IMG/VR virus record: IMGVR_UViG_3300044949_002421
Span: 800-64,799 of that record
DNA length: 64,000 bases
Source: a virus
Taxonomy: Duplodnaviria > Caudoviricetes
Reading direction: 5' to 3' (one strand)
Positions 39,657 to 48,944 of the stretch are shown here, in pieces. A program made the position numbers and the translations under genes. How positions within the stretch are numbered: the stretch's first letter is position 1; the number at the start of each line of letters is the position of its first letter. The notes beneath the pieces are model-generated. The model did no database searches and was not told the origin of the DNA. It worked only from the letters and a program-made list of their open reading frames with translations.

Positions 39657-40169
39657 ATGCGTTGTTTTATTGCCTTGGCTCTTCTTTCGTTGCCTTTCAT
39701 CGCGAGCGGAGGACCAAGAGAGGACGTTGTCTGGGTCGCCTCAACCCTACTGGAGACAAAAGAAGAAGGCGGTCCAAACACCGGGCCCGTGGTGGACGAG
39801 ATCCTTGCTTCCGTGGGCCTTGCTCCCGGTCACCCTTGGTGCGCTGCCTTCAACTACTATGTCTTCAGAGGGGCCGGCCTTTCGGACCGAGTGCCGAGAA
39901 CGGGTTGGTCTCCGGCATGGCTATCAGGAGAAAGAAAGCCGGCCGAAAAGGCAGAGCGTGGTGACGTCTTCGGAATTTATTTTAGCAAACTCCGCAGGAT
40001 CGGGCACACCGGGATCATAGAGGACCCCAAGCCAAGGTACTGCATAACCATAGAGGGAAACACAAATGGAGCAGGATCAAGAGACGGAGACGGAGTCTAC
40101 AGAAAGCGCCGCTCAAACCAAACGATCGTCGTTAAAGACTGGATCGAAGCCAACACTTCGAGAAATTAA
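39657..40169 (+). CDS. CHAP-family endolysin with signal peptide (start revised)
   Basis: PWCAAF, GHTGI, TIEGNT motifs; N-terminal MRCFIALALLSLPFIASG. Confidence 0.85.
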   Translation: MRCFIALALLSLPFIASGGPREDVVWVASTLLETKEEGGPNTGPVVDEILASVGLAPGHPWCAAFNYYVFRGAGLSDRVPRTGWSPAWLSGERKPAEKAERGDVFGIYFSKLRRIGHTGIIEDPKPRYCITIEGNTNGAGSRDGDGVYRKRRSNQTIVVKDWIEANTSRN

Positions 40170-40506
40170 GAAGGATATAAAACCAGCCGAATGGCTGGAA
40201 AAGGCCCTTTCCCAGCCGGAAATTCAGCAGTCGATTGTTAAGGCTATTGCCGACTCGCTTTCAGCGGTAAAGCACCAATGGGACGGAAAAAGGCAACAGG
40301 CGGATGAGGTGCCAGACTACGCGACGCGCATCAAAGCCGCAGAACTGGCTCTTTCATATATCGTTGGTAGACCGGTAGAAAGACAACAAATTATGGTTGC
40401 TCATCAAAAAATGGATGACCCTGTGCAGCTGGTTAAGTCCAGCCCAGCCCTGAGGGTTGCCCTTAAGGAGCTTCTGGAGGAGGGCGATGAAAAACGGAGC
40501 AACTAA
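40066..40506 (+). CDS. Helical phage protein, possible terminase small subunit
   Basis: PDYATRIKAAELALSYIVGRPVER motif; start uncertain. Confidence 0.45.
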   Translation: MEQDQETETESTESAAQTKRSSLKTGSKPTLREIKKDIKPAEWLEKALSQPEIQQSIVKAIADSLSAVKHQWDGKRQQADEVPDYATRIKAAELALSYIVGRPVERQQIMVAHQKMDDPVQLVKSSPALRVALKELLEEGDEKRSN

Positions 40507-40807
40507 AGACTACGAGGCCGACGGCCATTCGATTTGGGCCTGCGCTTATGTGGACGGACGACGTAAGTACGAAAGCGGGCACGAAGAACATAAATCAAAG
40601 TTTTGGACTGCGGGAGCTCTTTGGTACGCAAATAACCTAAGAAGCGAGGCATTGGACGCAGTCGCCTACTCGCACCACCTGACTATATGCCTAAACAGGA
40701 TATTGAATGCGGCCATGAAGCTTGAGGCCGGAGAAATCAACGGGATTGAGGGTGGAGCTGAAATTCGAAACATCTTGGAAAATCTTCCAATCACGGAGGA
40801 TCAATGA
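40487..40807 (+). CDS. Hypothetical protein, all-alpha NTP-pyrophosphatase-like
   Basis: KYxxG..EALDAVAY pattern. Confidence 0.5.
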   Translation: MKNGATKDYEADGHSIWACAYVDGRRKYESGHEEHKSKFWTAGALWYANNLRSEALDAVAYSHHLTICLNRILNAAMKLEAGEINGIEGGAEIRNILENLPITEDQ

Positions 40808-41136
40808 GCGAAGATAGGTTTAATGTCGATATAGCCGCCGAAATGTATGGGTCACCGCCGGGTGGCCCCGGGCAGGCGATTGTTCCCGGGGTTGTAAACG
40901 AGAACATTGTCGGCAAACCGCCTCCTGCAATTGACATGGCGAAAAACCTCTACAGGGACACTATCGCTTGGGCTCAGTCAGGATTCGAGGTGTCGGAAAA
41001 GGATGAGATAGACAGGCGGCTTGAGATTTGTAACTTATGCGAGTTTTTTAAGGACGGTCGATGCACTATCTGTGGATGCTTTATGGCTCTGAAGGCAAGG
41101 CTGGCAACCGGAAAATGCCCGAAAGGCAAATGGTAG
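40804..41136 (+). CDS. Zn-binding protein (DUF6171-like)
   Basis: RRLEICxxC..RCxxCGCFM..K..CPxGKW. Confidence 0.75.
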   Translation: MSEDRFNVDIAAEMYGSPPGGPGQAIVPGVVNENIVGKPPPAIDMAKNLYRDTIAWAQSGFEVSEKDEIDRRLEICNLCEFFKDGRCTICGCFMALKARLATGKCPKGKW

Positions 41137-41883
41137 ATGTCCAAGCCAATCAAATTCGTGGCCGCCGGCGATGTTCATGGAAACGAACAGGACAAGTCAT
41201 CCGTAAAGGCCCTGCTATCGTTCATGGCCGAGTATAAGCCAGAGCTGGTTGTCATGATTGGCGACCTATGGGACTTCAAGGCAATCCGAAAGGGGGCGGG
41301 AGACGAGGATCAGGCGTCCTCGCTTGAGGAGGACTGGCAAGCCGGAGAGGAGTTTTTGAGGAAGTTCTTTTCGTTTGGCGACGAAAGGATTTTCTTGAGG
41401 GGCAACCACGACGAAAGAATTTTTGATCTGGCCCAAAACTCGAGTTCTGGAATTGCCAGAGACTACGCAAACGACGGCATCGAGAGCATTGAGTCTTTGA
41501 TGAAAGAGCTTCGGGCCAGAATGTTCGCCTACGACTCGGTTGGCGGGGTCTACGGATGTGGGACGCTTAAGTTTGTTCATGGATACGGACATGCCATGCA
41601 TGCCGCCAAGCAACATGCGGATGCTTACGGGAACGTGATGTTTGGTCACACCCACGCAATTGACTACTTCAAGTCCGTGTCAATCGACTCAAGGGAGGCT
41701 TGGAACATCGGATGTATGTCAAACCTTGCCCCGTCCTACAATAGAAACAACATGCGTAGGATGCGCTGGCAACATGGGTTTGCCTACGGACTTATCCACC
41801 TTGAGGACAAAAGCCACGATGTCTTCCTTGCCAGACAGAGAAAGGGCAAGTTCACCATTCCAACAGGAATTAAATCATTCTAA
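41137..41883 (+). CDS. Calcineurin-like metallophosphoesterase
   Basis: GDVH, GDLWD, GNHD, HG, GHTH motifs. Confidence 0.9.
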   Translation: MSKPIKFVAAGDVHGNEQDKSSVKALLSFMAEYKPELVVMIGDLWDFKAIRKGAGDEDQASSLEEDWQAGEEFLRKFFSFGDERIFLRGNHDERIFDLAQNSSSGIARDYANDGIESIESLMKELRARMFAYDSVGGVYGCGTLKFVHGYGHAMHAAKQHADAYGNVMFGHTHAIDYFKSVSIDSREAWNIGCMSNLAPSYNRNNMRRMRWQHGFAYGLIHLEDKSHDVFLARQRKGKFTIPTGIKSF

Positions 41884-42176
41884 TGCTTCACAGACTTCCA
41901 AAAACAAAAAATGCTTGGACCAATGCCCTTTATTCCGCGCTTTCGAAGGAGGCGGAAAAGGTCCCGAAGGACTGGCTTAATTCCGATCAGGTCGCCGAAC
42001 AGCTTGGCGTCAACAGAACCCAAGCCCTCAAGTTCCTTAAGAGACTTAGGCTAAAGAATCTTGTTGATGTGGCCTATTTCAAGGTTTGCGTAAATGACGA
42101 GTTCGGATTGGTCAGAAAGGTGCCGCACTACAGGCTCCCGAAGAAAACAAGGCTTACAAGAAATCCGCAAACCTAG
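41883..42176 (+). CDS. Winged-HTH DNA-binding protein
   Basis: SDQVAEQLGVNRTQALKFL. Confidence 0.7.
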   Translation: MLHRLPKTKNAWTNALYSALSKEAEKVPKDWLNSDQVAEQLGVNRTQALKFLKRLRLKNLVDVAYFKVCVNDEFGLVRKVPHYRLPKKTRLTRNPQT

Positions 42177-43203
42177 CCATCGCCGCTCCGCCATTACCAA
42201 TCCCAAGTTTCAATGATTCGAGCGCGGCTTGGGCCAAGGCCTCTCTGGCCTCGTAATCAAATGCCAGCATGCCAAGCCTATGAACAACTTGCTCGTCATT
42301 GTCGCATAGAAGCCCGTTTTCCCCGTCAGAAATAAATTCAGGCATCCCCCCGGTCTTGGAGCCGACCACGACGGATCCGCTTGCCATTGATTCAAATGCA
42401 ACTCGCGGGGCATTCTCAAGAAACGGGTAATACATCATGGTCACATGACTTGCCGCGAGCATATCGGAGAGAAGCAAGGGGTCATAAACATGGCCTACTA
42501 TTGTCCCCTTGATCTTCCCATTGTATGGGTGATCCTCCTTCCTGTAGTCACCAAGCTTCTCCTCCCCGTTCGGACCCCACCCGACCACATGCATGCCCTT
42601 GGGCTTTGGAGATGCATGCCGGTAGGCAATTTCCCACATATTGTCCGGATATTTTAGCGGGTCATCTCTACCTATCCGAATTACATCAAAACGCGATCTG
42701 TCCCTCTGGTTGAACCGGAACCGATTCCAAGGCGAGTATATGTTAAAATACGTGCCACAAATCCTAATCGGAGCCTTAATCCCGTACCCAAGCAAAATTG
42801 GCTCAAGCCTCGACTTTTGGAATCTGGACTGACAAAGAACCGCCGTTTGCGGCAATAGGGAAAGCCCAACAAGCTCCTTTTCTGAGAGCGAGTTCATGCA
42901 TGGCCAATAGGCAAACACGGCGGGCTTTTCGTTGTTTATGACCAGCTGGGAAAACACCTCGTCCTGACACCAGCACCACAATACCTTGCCCTCAAACATG
43001 CCCGGGCGGTACTCCTCTGTTCTTACGCCAATCCCGTCAAAATACTTCCGCCTAGGCTCTCCGGCCTCTAGGACGTCGGTGCCGGGGGTAAGGACGCAAG
43101 TCACATCATAACCATTGAACCTTAGGAGCTCTATGATGTGCCCAGCCTCAGGGCCGGCTCCACCGCATTGATGTAAATAGCCCCAAACGTAAATATGCTT
43201 CAT
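42154..43203 (-). CDS. GT-B glycosyltransferase (GT4-like)
   Basis: GGAG loop; ENAPRVAFESMASG..GGMPEFI..GENGLL. Confidence 0.9.
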   Translation of the reverse strand: MKHIYVWGYLHQCGGAGPEAGHIIELLRFNGYDVTCVLTPGTDVLEAGEPRRKYFDGIGVRTEEYRPGMFEGKVLWCWCQDEVFSQLVINNEKPAVFAYWPCMNSLSEKELVGLSLLPQTAVLCQSRFQKSRLEPILLGYGIKAPIRICGTYFNIYSPWNRFRFNQRDRSRFDVIRIGRDDPLKYPDNMWEIAYRHASPKPKGMHVVGWGPNGEEKLGDYRKEDHPYNGKIKGTIVGHVYDPLLLSDMLAASHVTMMYYPFLENAPRVAFESMASGSVVVGSKTGGMPEFISDGENGLLCDNDEQVVHRLGMLAFDYEAREALAQAALESLKLGIGNGGAAMARFADFL

Positions 43204-43520
43204 ACCATCCTCTGGATTGACCTACAGCTTCTTCTCATAATTCTTGATACCTCCCTGACAGTCAGCCCACCCCTAATCAGGATCCTTGCGATTTGGTATC
43301 TCGCATCCTGAAGCTCCCCAGTTCTGTCATGACTGAGAATCTGTTTTTCCGTGAAGCCCATTGAAGAGCAGGCCTTCTTAAAGTCCGTGCTCCCCTCGAT
43401 GGCCTCATCTGTATCAGACGGGGCTTGAAGCCTAGCCTCGATCGCCTCCAAGCGACGCTCCAGTCCCCCGATCCTCATAGAGAGCGCCTCAGCCACCGCT
43501 TTGTCTATGTCAACATACAT
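43200..43520 (-). CDS. DnaA-C-terminal-like HTH protein
   Basis: ILSHDR..DARYQIARIL..GLTVREVSRIMRR. Confidence 0.6.
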   Translation of the reverse strand: MYVDIDKAVAEALSMRIGGLERRLEAIEARLQAPSDTDEAIEGSTDFKKACSSMGFTEKQILSHDRTGELQDARYQIARILIRGGLTVREVSRIMRRSCRSIQRMV

Positions 43521-43896
43521 TGGGAATGCTCACCTTCTTGCCGTATTTTTTCTCGATATCAGCCACAAGCTCTTCGGTTCTTCGCTTGAACTCCTCATTC
43601 GACATCAAAAACATCTCTCTGGCTTTTTCGTACTGCTCGCCGTTGAGCATCTTTTTGAGCCAATTCCATCCGTCCGATGGAAGGCGAATGCATGCAAACC
43701 TAATTGAGTAACAAATCCCATTGGCAGCACAAAAGTTTTTGACCGGCTGGCCGACCCTCTCCCACTCCTCCGAGCCAAACCTTCCGGCCCTTCGTTCCCC
43801 GCCAAGCTCGCCAATGATGGACACGGCGTCGATATACCAATACTGGCTTTTAACATCCAAAATCTGCGGCTGGTATGTCTGGGTCTCCAAGTTCAC
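43510..43896 (-). CDS. Hypothetical protein
   Basis: Overlap-coupled in the leftward operon. Confidence 0.55.
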   Translation of the reverse strand: MNLETQTYQPQILDVKSQYWYIDAVSIIGELGGERRAGRFGSEEWERVGQPVKNFCAANGICYSIRFACIRLPSDGWNWLKKMLNGEQYEKAREMFLMSNEEFKRRTEELVADIEKKYGKKVSIPNVC

Positions 43897-44621
43897 GCCG
43901 GCACCCCCTCAAGCTCGCGCTTCCTTAAAATCAAATCCTCCTCGGACGGCTTTCCGGCCGCCTCCCATGCCTGTTTCGAGCCAAGCCCACACCAAGGACG
44001 GCCTGACGGAGGGCTGTAACAATGGAAATTATTTGGCCTTTCCTTTCTCTTTGGGGCAAGGGTTGGTATCGCGCGATTCATCCACCCAGTCACAAATTTA
44101 AGGCAGTACCTTTTGTCTGGGTGTGCCAGCAAATAGGCCTGAAGCTTCTTCATCTCAAGAGCCACATCAACACCCCTCTCACGAGATAGCTTTAGAACTT
44201 GCTCTATTTTTACCGCCTCGTCTTCCCCCTTGGCCTCGTTTATCTCCTTCTCAATCCTTGCCTGCTCCCGAACCATTCTTCTTGAGTAAATAACCCCCTC
44301 GGAGTTGCGGCTAAAAACCCCGGAGTTTTCCAGCTCGTTGCAGATCGAAATTGCGTGTTTCTTCTCAATTTTGAGCCTTTTTGCAATATCCCCGGCGTTA
44401 ATGAACTTTCCGTCGGCATTTAGCAGATATCCCCTTTTGGGGGATACATGCATAAGCAAAAGCATCTCCAGCCATAGGGCTTTCGCCTCTAAGGTCAGTC
44501 TCGCCGTGTCCCCCCACCAACTGGCGGGACTAAACTTTAGACACGATGATTTCGATGCAGGGGTTTTCGCCTGTAGCTCCATAAACCTTTGTGATGTCTC
44601 CGGTGACAACCTGAGCGTCAT
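43893..44621 (-). CDS. Replication initiator (replisome-organiser type)
   Basis: KFSPASWWGD..LTLEAKALWLEML..GYL..ELENSGVF..IYSRRMVRE; start may be downstream. Confidence 0.75.
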   Translation of the reverse strand: MTLRLSPETSQRFMELQAKTPASKSSCLKFSPASWWGDTARLTLEAKALWLEMLLLMHVSPKRGYLLNADGKFINAGDIAKRLKIEKKHAISICNELENSGVFSRNSEGVIYSRRMVREQARIEKEINEAKGEDEAVKIEQVLKLSRERGVDVALEMKKLQAYLLAHPDKRYCLKFVTGWMNRAIPTLAPKRKERPNNFHCYSPPSGRPWCGLGSKQAWEAAGKPSEEDLILRKRELEGVPA

Positions 44622-44946
44622 CCAGCCACCATTCGCTGGATGTCAAAGCGTCCATCACCGGCTTGATTAAATTGTCCCTATCCGGACGAACCGGGGCGTA
44701 TTCCCTAGCCCCCTTCTTTTTGCCCTTGGGCCTAGCCAAAACAAAAGTCACATCGGCCTTGAGCGGTCCCTCCAGCGGGCTTGCGGGCGCAGACTTGTTT
44801 GCGGAAAAAACAAGATCCCGCATGTAAAGTTTGTAAGCGGAATTGCGAAATACCCTCACCCCACCCTTAGAAACAAATCTGAGGGTGCTTTGGATGCTCC
44901 TAGGGGCAACCGGTAGCGTGGCAACTATCCTGTTAGAACTCGCCAT
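44530..44946 (-). CDS. rusA: RusA-like Holliday junction resolvase
   Basis: RPDRDNLIKPVMDAL..DDAQV motif. Confidence 0.85.
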   Translation of the reverse strand: MASSNRIVATLPVAPRSIQSTLRFVSKGGVRVFRNSAYKLYMRDLVFSANKSAPASPLEGPLKADVTFVLARPKGKKKGAREYAPVRPDRDNLIKPVMDALTSSEWWLDDAQVVTGDITKVYGATGENPCIEIIVSKV

Positions 44947-45173
44947 GCTCCAATCAGCCTTGTTTTAAGGCTCCTCCGCAGGCCCTCGACTCCCACGACT
45001 AGGCCCTTTTCGGTGCTTTGAATGTCCAAAACACCCTCAAATGGTTTCGGCTCCACCAAAATCGGCCCGTATTGGCAAACGCAGTAAGTGACCACATTCC
45101 GCCAGAAGGCCTGTTGCTTGCGTTCCTCGGCTACCATAATGGCCGGATTCGTCTTTTGGGGTCTACTTGGCAT
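44925..45173 (-). CDS. Hypothetical protein
   Basis: Coupled ORF in operon. Confidence 0.5.
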   Translation of the reverse strand: MPSRPQKTNPAIMVAEERKQQAFWRNVVTYCVCQYGPILVEPKPFEGVLDIQSTEKGLVVGVEGLRRSLKTRLIGAWRVLTG

Positions 45174-45378
45174 CTACGCCCCCAACTAGGCCCGCAATAA
45201 TCTCATCGCCAATTAGCTCGTCCCGCCGATCTGCAAGTGCATCACAATGATGCTGAAGAAGTTTCATCGCTAACTCAAAAGCTGGATGAACACCAAGCCC
45301 ATCTTCTTGCGCTATCGACTGACCACGAAATACCAAAAGAGCATCTACCAATTGTTCCGGTAACTCCATTTTTCTCAT
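45163..45378 (-). CDS. Hypothetical protein
   Basis: Coupled ORF in operon. Confidence 0.5.
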   Translation of the reverse strand: MRKMELPEQLVDALLVFRGQSIAQEDGLGVHPAFELAMKLLQHHCDALADRRDELIGDEIIAGLVGGVDAK

Positions 45379-45632
45379 GTGCCTTCCTTCTTTTTCTGGG
45401 CTATTCCTAGGCGTAGCCCTGCCTCTAACTGTTCAAACGACACAAAAAGGGCCCTAGCGCCCCGGTATTGCTGGAACCGGATCTCCCTAACCTCCGGGGT
45501 AACAGCCGGGTCAAGACAGGCGTTCTCCATCTTGGAAAGCTCGGAAAGTTGCTTGGACAGATACCATCCAAATGGCTCGTAATCCCGAAGCCTCTCCACC
45601 ATCTCAAGCGACTGCTGGGGATCTTCGCTCAC
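45375..45632 (-). CDS. Hypothetical protein
   Basis: Coupled ORF in operon. Confidence 0.55.
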   Translation of the reverse strand: MSEDPQQSLEMVERLRDYEPFGWYLSKQLSELSKMENACLDPAVTPEVREIRFQQYRGARALFVSFEQLEAGLRLGIAQKKKEGT

Positions 45633-45895
45633 TTCTTTGCCTTCTGAAGGCCGGCCGTGTAGGTAATTGCCTTCTTCACGACGTAGCTGATGACTGCTTC
45701 CTTGTCTTTTTTTAGAAGCTCGAGCCCCGCCTTAAACAAGGCCTTGCCGGCCTTGCCGTCATAGTGAATATCGACAATCACGTACTTGGTCTTGTCCGGT
45801 ACGGATTTCCCAAATGTGATAGTTCCAAGGTGCGATGTTTTCTCGCCCTTCTTGGCTTTCCTGACGGCAAGGCCGCTCCTCATCAGCAGTCCCAC
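45629..45895 (-). CDS. Basic hypothetical protein
   Basis: Coupled ORF in operon; start uncertain. Confidence 0.5.
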   Translation of the reverse strand: MGLLMRSGLAVRKAKKGEKTSHLGTITFGKSVPDKTKYVIVDIHYDGKAGKALFKAGLELLKKDKEAVISYVVKKAITYTAGLQKAKK

Positions 45896-46155
45896 TTCCT
45901 GAGGCTTTTATTGATTCGGCTGTCCGGATCGCTGGCCGTCTTTGAGGAGGTGTTCTTGCGCTTCATCCCCTCCATTCGGGCGCAGAAAGACCGCCGGCGA
46001 GACGCCGACTTGGGAGAGCGGGATGCCTCCTCCCTGCTGACCGGAGCCTTGAGGTTCCCGCCCGTGGCCCGATTGTAGCTACGGCGTCCGGCCTGATTAA
46101 GACCGCCCTCGGGGTTTTTACCCTCCTTCCTCTGCCAAGCTGGGCTACTCCCCAT
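45883..46155 (-). CDS. Conserved basic phage protein (DUF6321-like)
   Basis: AWQRKEGKNPEGGLN..RRRSFCARM..SRINKSLRKWDC. Confidence 0.75.
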   Translation of the reverse strand: MGSSPAWQRKEGKNPEGGLNQAGRRSYNRATGGNLKAPVSREEASRSPKSASRRRSFCARMEGMKRKNTSSKTASDPDSRINKSLRKWDC

Positions 46156-46315
46156 ACATGCTCCTTGCGTTGATCTTCTTGGCCGTCTTCTTGGATTTAC
46201 GGAAAGCCTCGGCGGTGGGCGCACCCTCCGACCCTGACTTCCTCATCTTCTCGCCCGAGCCGGCCTTGATTCTGGCCCTCTTGCGATGAATGTTGGCGTA
46301 TAGTCCGTCTTTCAT
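46145..46315 (-). CDS. Small basic phage protein (56 aa, not in ORF track)
   Basis: MKDGLYANIHRKRARIKAGSGEKMRK..GAPTAEAF; overlap-coupled. Confidence 0.75.
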   Translation of the reverse strand: MKDGLYANIHRKRARIKAGSGEKMRKSGSEGAPTAEAFRKSKKTAKKINARSMYGE

Positions 46316-46455
46316 TCTTGATACCCCTTTCTGATGTTTTTCTTGGTTGCCTTCTTCTTTGTAGGCTTCTTGATGAGCTTTGGCTCCATGTCCTCTCGGA
46401 TCTTGGGGGTATTGCTCACCATCTCGCCCTTGCTGATGAACGCCTGCTGGCTCAT
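46312..46455 (-). CDS. Small basic protein (47 aa, not in ORF track)
   Basis: MSQQAFISKGEMVSNTP...KKNIRKGYQE; ATGA-coupled on both sides. Confidence 0.65.
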   Translation of the reverse strand: MSQQAFISKGEMVSNTPKIREDMEPKLIKKPTKKKATKKNIRKGYQE

Positions 46456-47033
46456 TCGTATTCCTCCCAGTTGAATGCCCCGATCACCTTTTTCATGTTT
46501 TCGGCGAATAGCCTGTTGCTCTTGATGAGTTTCGGAACCCGCCTCACGGCATGAAGGACGGTCCCGTGGTCTTTGTTGAAGACTTGGCCAATGTCGATCA
46601 GCGTCATTTGCAGTTTTTCACGCATGACGTACATCGCCGCCATTCTCGCAAAGGCGATATGGTTCGGGCGTTCCGGTCCAAGCAGTTTATCGACCGGAAT
46701 CCCAAACGCGCTTGAGGTGGCCATGATGACGTGCTTCCCCTCGATTGCGCCCGGCTTGTTGAGCAGCCCCATCTTGTGAAGGGCCCCAACCTCCATCGCT
46801 AGGCGAAGGGTTACATCCCTATATGAGGCCATCTCCATCCTCATCGCCTGAACATCCGAAACCGCCTGTCTTATCTGGGAGATAATCCCCTCCAAACGGG
46901 CAACCTCGGAATTGGCCAGCGGATCCAGAATCCGGCTTGCGTTCTTCTCCAAGAAATCGCCCAGCATAGGGTTAGAGTCAAAATTGACCGCCCTGAGCGA
47001 GTTCACGCTTACATCAACTGCACCTGATTTCAT
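46452..47033 (-). CDS. Protein with DnaA domain IV (Bac_DnaA_C) HTH
   Basis: ARMAAMYVMRE..TLIDIGQVFNKDHGTVLHAVRRV. Confidence 0.85.
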   Translation of the reverse strand: MKSGAVDVSVNSLRAVNFDSNPMLGDFLEKNASRILDPLANSEVARLEGIISQIRQAVSDVQAMRMEMASYRDVTLRLAMEVGALHKMGLLNKPGAIEGKHVIMATSSAFGIPVDKLLGPERPNHIAFARMAAMYVMREKLQMTLIDIGQVFNKDHGTVLHAVRRVPKLIKSNRLFAENMKKVIGAFNWEEYE

Positions 47034-47527
47034 TGTTTCTCCTTGTCCAGCCTTTCCTGTTTTTTGCGATCCAAGAGCGCTTCAAGGCTGTGAAGCGGCC
47101 TCAGATGTCTATGCGGAACGAAGTAACAAATCGGCTCCTTGGAGTATTTGAACTGCTCGACTTGTCCTTCTGATGCATAAATCCATCCCTTGACCTCGTA
47201 GTCCGGGCATTTGCCCGCCACCGACACCACGATCCCGCTGTCATCGGGGCGTACTTTTACGTCCTCCCTGCTTGACCAACGGACCTCAAGGTTCGTGTCG
47301 GAAATGTCGGGTGAATGAAAGGTGTTCACCCCAAAGCCCCAGTAAATACCAAGGGCCTTCGAAACGGCCAACTCGGCGTGGGCCGACTCAATATGGAAGC
47401 CCCACAACTCCCCAGTCACCCGCTCTGGGAACCTAGGCTCGCGATGGCGAAAGTTGGCCTCGGCATTCCTTCGCATCCCGATGTAGCCGGCGACCAGCAC
47501 CTCGTTGGCGTTGAGCTTCACTTGCAT
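47030..47527 (-). CDS. Hypothetical protein, PD-(D/E)xK-like
   Basis: AELAVSKALG..PDI..LEVRW..KGWI. Confidence 0.55.
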   Translation of the reverse strand: MQVKLNANEVLVAGYIGMRRNAEANFRHREPRFPERVTGELWGFHIESAHAELAVSKALGIYWGFGVNTFHSPDISDTNLEVRWSSREDVKVRPDDSGIVVSVAGKCPDYEVKGWIYASEGQVEQFKYSKEPICYFVPHRHLRPLHSLEALLDRKKQERLDKEKQ

Positions 47528-48585
47528 CGCATCAGCCTTTCGAACTCGCGCTTCTCGATAAGCTCACCCAGCAGGGCATCCACCCGCTTGACGGCCTCGG
47601 CCTTGGAGCAGTCGTGCTTCTTCTGGATGGCCTTTTCTGCCTCAGTTAGGGAGATGCTTGCCACCTTGAGTGCCCCATCCGTTCCAAGCTCCTCGGCAAG
47701 CCTTTCAAGAGCCTCGGCATCATCGGCAACTTGCCGGCGTTTAACCGACTGAAGCTTCCAACCTTTGACCTCGCCCCCGTCAGAGAGGATCTCCCGAGCC
47801 CTCGACCGGACAGCCTCAATGACCGCCTCGGCCACCATGCACCCCTCCAAAAGCTTCGGTAGGTCCTGCGGGTTGATGAGGTCTCTTGCCTCAGGCTTGA
47901 TCTCGGCCAAGGCCATCGTCTGGCTGGCCGCCTCAGGGCAAATGCCAACCGCCCTGCAATATTGGCATTGAGGGCCAGAAACCCTCGTGTCGATCTGGGT
48001 CTCCAGCTTTTGAAGCTCGTTCTTAAGCCTCTCGGACTCCATGCGAAGAGCGGACTCGGAGAGCTTCTCGATCACCACCGACTTGCCCGGCTGAAGGATG
48101 GTCACATAGGCCGTCTTGACCTTGAATTCCTCAGCGGAAAGCACCGCCAAGGCCCGAAGCTGGGGATTCTCGGTGGAGTCGACCTCGACATATCCGGTCT
48201 TGTAGTCGATGACCAGAATCGTCTCGTCGTTGGAATAGACCACATCGGGCTTACCGGTCATCTTGACCTCGGAACCCTCGGCAAATCCAAGCCTTTGCTC
48301 CTTGAGAACAAGCGGCTTGCCCTCGTAGCCGATGTCCTCCTTCCATTGGCGCAGGGCCAACTTCTCAAGCTCGACCAACTTCTCCGCTATATCCAAGTCG
48401 TCGGGAGAAAGACCCGACAAGTCGCCACGATAAAGCGCATCATGGATTCGGTTGCCTTTTAGCAGGGCCTCGGTGGGCTCCTGTTCGGGCGCAAGCTTTT
48501 CAAGGGCATGCGACCCCGGACATTTGCTCCACCGCTCCCGCTTCGAGGCAGAGGGCAATCCCTTGCGATCATCAGCGACAATCAC
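47518..48585 (-). CDS. Cas4-like / DUF2800 PD-(D/E)xK exonuclease
   Basis: SAS..RWSKCPGS, GKPD, VIDYKTG, QLRAL, CQYC..C. Confidence 0.85.
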   Translation of the reverse strand: MIVADDRKGLPSASKRERWSKCPGSHALEKLAPEQEPTEALLKGNRIHDALYRGDLSGLSPDDLDIAEKLVELEKLALRQWKEDIGYEGKPLVLKEQRLGFAEGSEVKMTGKPDVVYSNDETILVIDYKTGYVEVDSTENPQLRALAVLSAEEFKVKTAYVTILQPGKSVVIEKLSESALRMESERLKNELQKLETQIDTRVSGPQCQYCRAVGICPEAASQTMALAEIKPEARDLINPQDLPKLLEGCMVAEAVIEAVRSRAREILSDGGEVKGWKLQSVKRRQVADDAEALERLAEELGTDGALKVASISLTEAEKAIQKKHDCSKAEAVKRVDALLGELIEKREFERLMRCK

Positions 48586-48800
48586 TTCTCCGACTCCTCT
48601 TTGGGCTTTAGCTTCTCAAGCTCCCGAATTTGCTGTTCGGTCGCATCCGACACCCACTCGGAGGGAACGCAGAAGATTCTCCGCATATCCTCACCGCATA
48701 GGTGAACGACTTTTTCCTCGATCTCCCGATTGCCCACCCAAACAAAGTGAAGGCCTTCGGGTCCATTTATGCTCAATGGTTTTTTGTCTTGCTCAGCCAT
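48582..48800 (-). CDS. Hypothetical protein
   Basis: Start MAEQDKK; coupled. Confidence 0.5.
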   Translation of the reverse strand: MAEQDKKPLSINGPEGLHFVWVGNREIEEKVVHLCGEDMRRIFCVPSEWVSDATEQQIRELEKLKPKEESEK

Positions 48801-48924
48801 GCATCTCCTTCCTGACCCTGTCCCAGAGCCAGAGCATGAATGAAACGACAAACACCAAGCCGGTGATCCCCGCCCCGACAAACAGGGCGTAGCCAACAAT
48901 AGTGAATGCCGTCTCGCTCAACAT
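48793..48924 (-). CDS. Small single-TM protein (43 aa)
   Basis: MLSETAFTIVGYALFVGAGITGLVFVVSFMLWLW; fills the gap between neighbours. Confidence 0.55.
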   Translation of the reverse strand: MLSETAFTIVGYALFVGAGITGLVFVVSFMLWLWDRVRKEMHG

Positions 48925-48944
48925 TTTTACGAATTCCCAGCTCA

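Noticed and set aside
45662-45668. GGTAATT on the plus strand
   Set aside because: No AAACA 10 nt upstream and no start codon downstream; antisense to a gene
47518-48585. Cas4-like nuclease as part of a CRISPR system
   Set aside because: It sits beside an ssDNA-annealing protein in the recombination module, which is ordinary for phages
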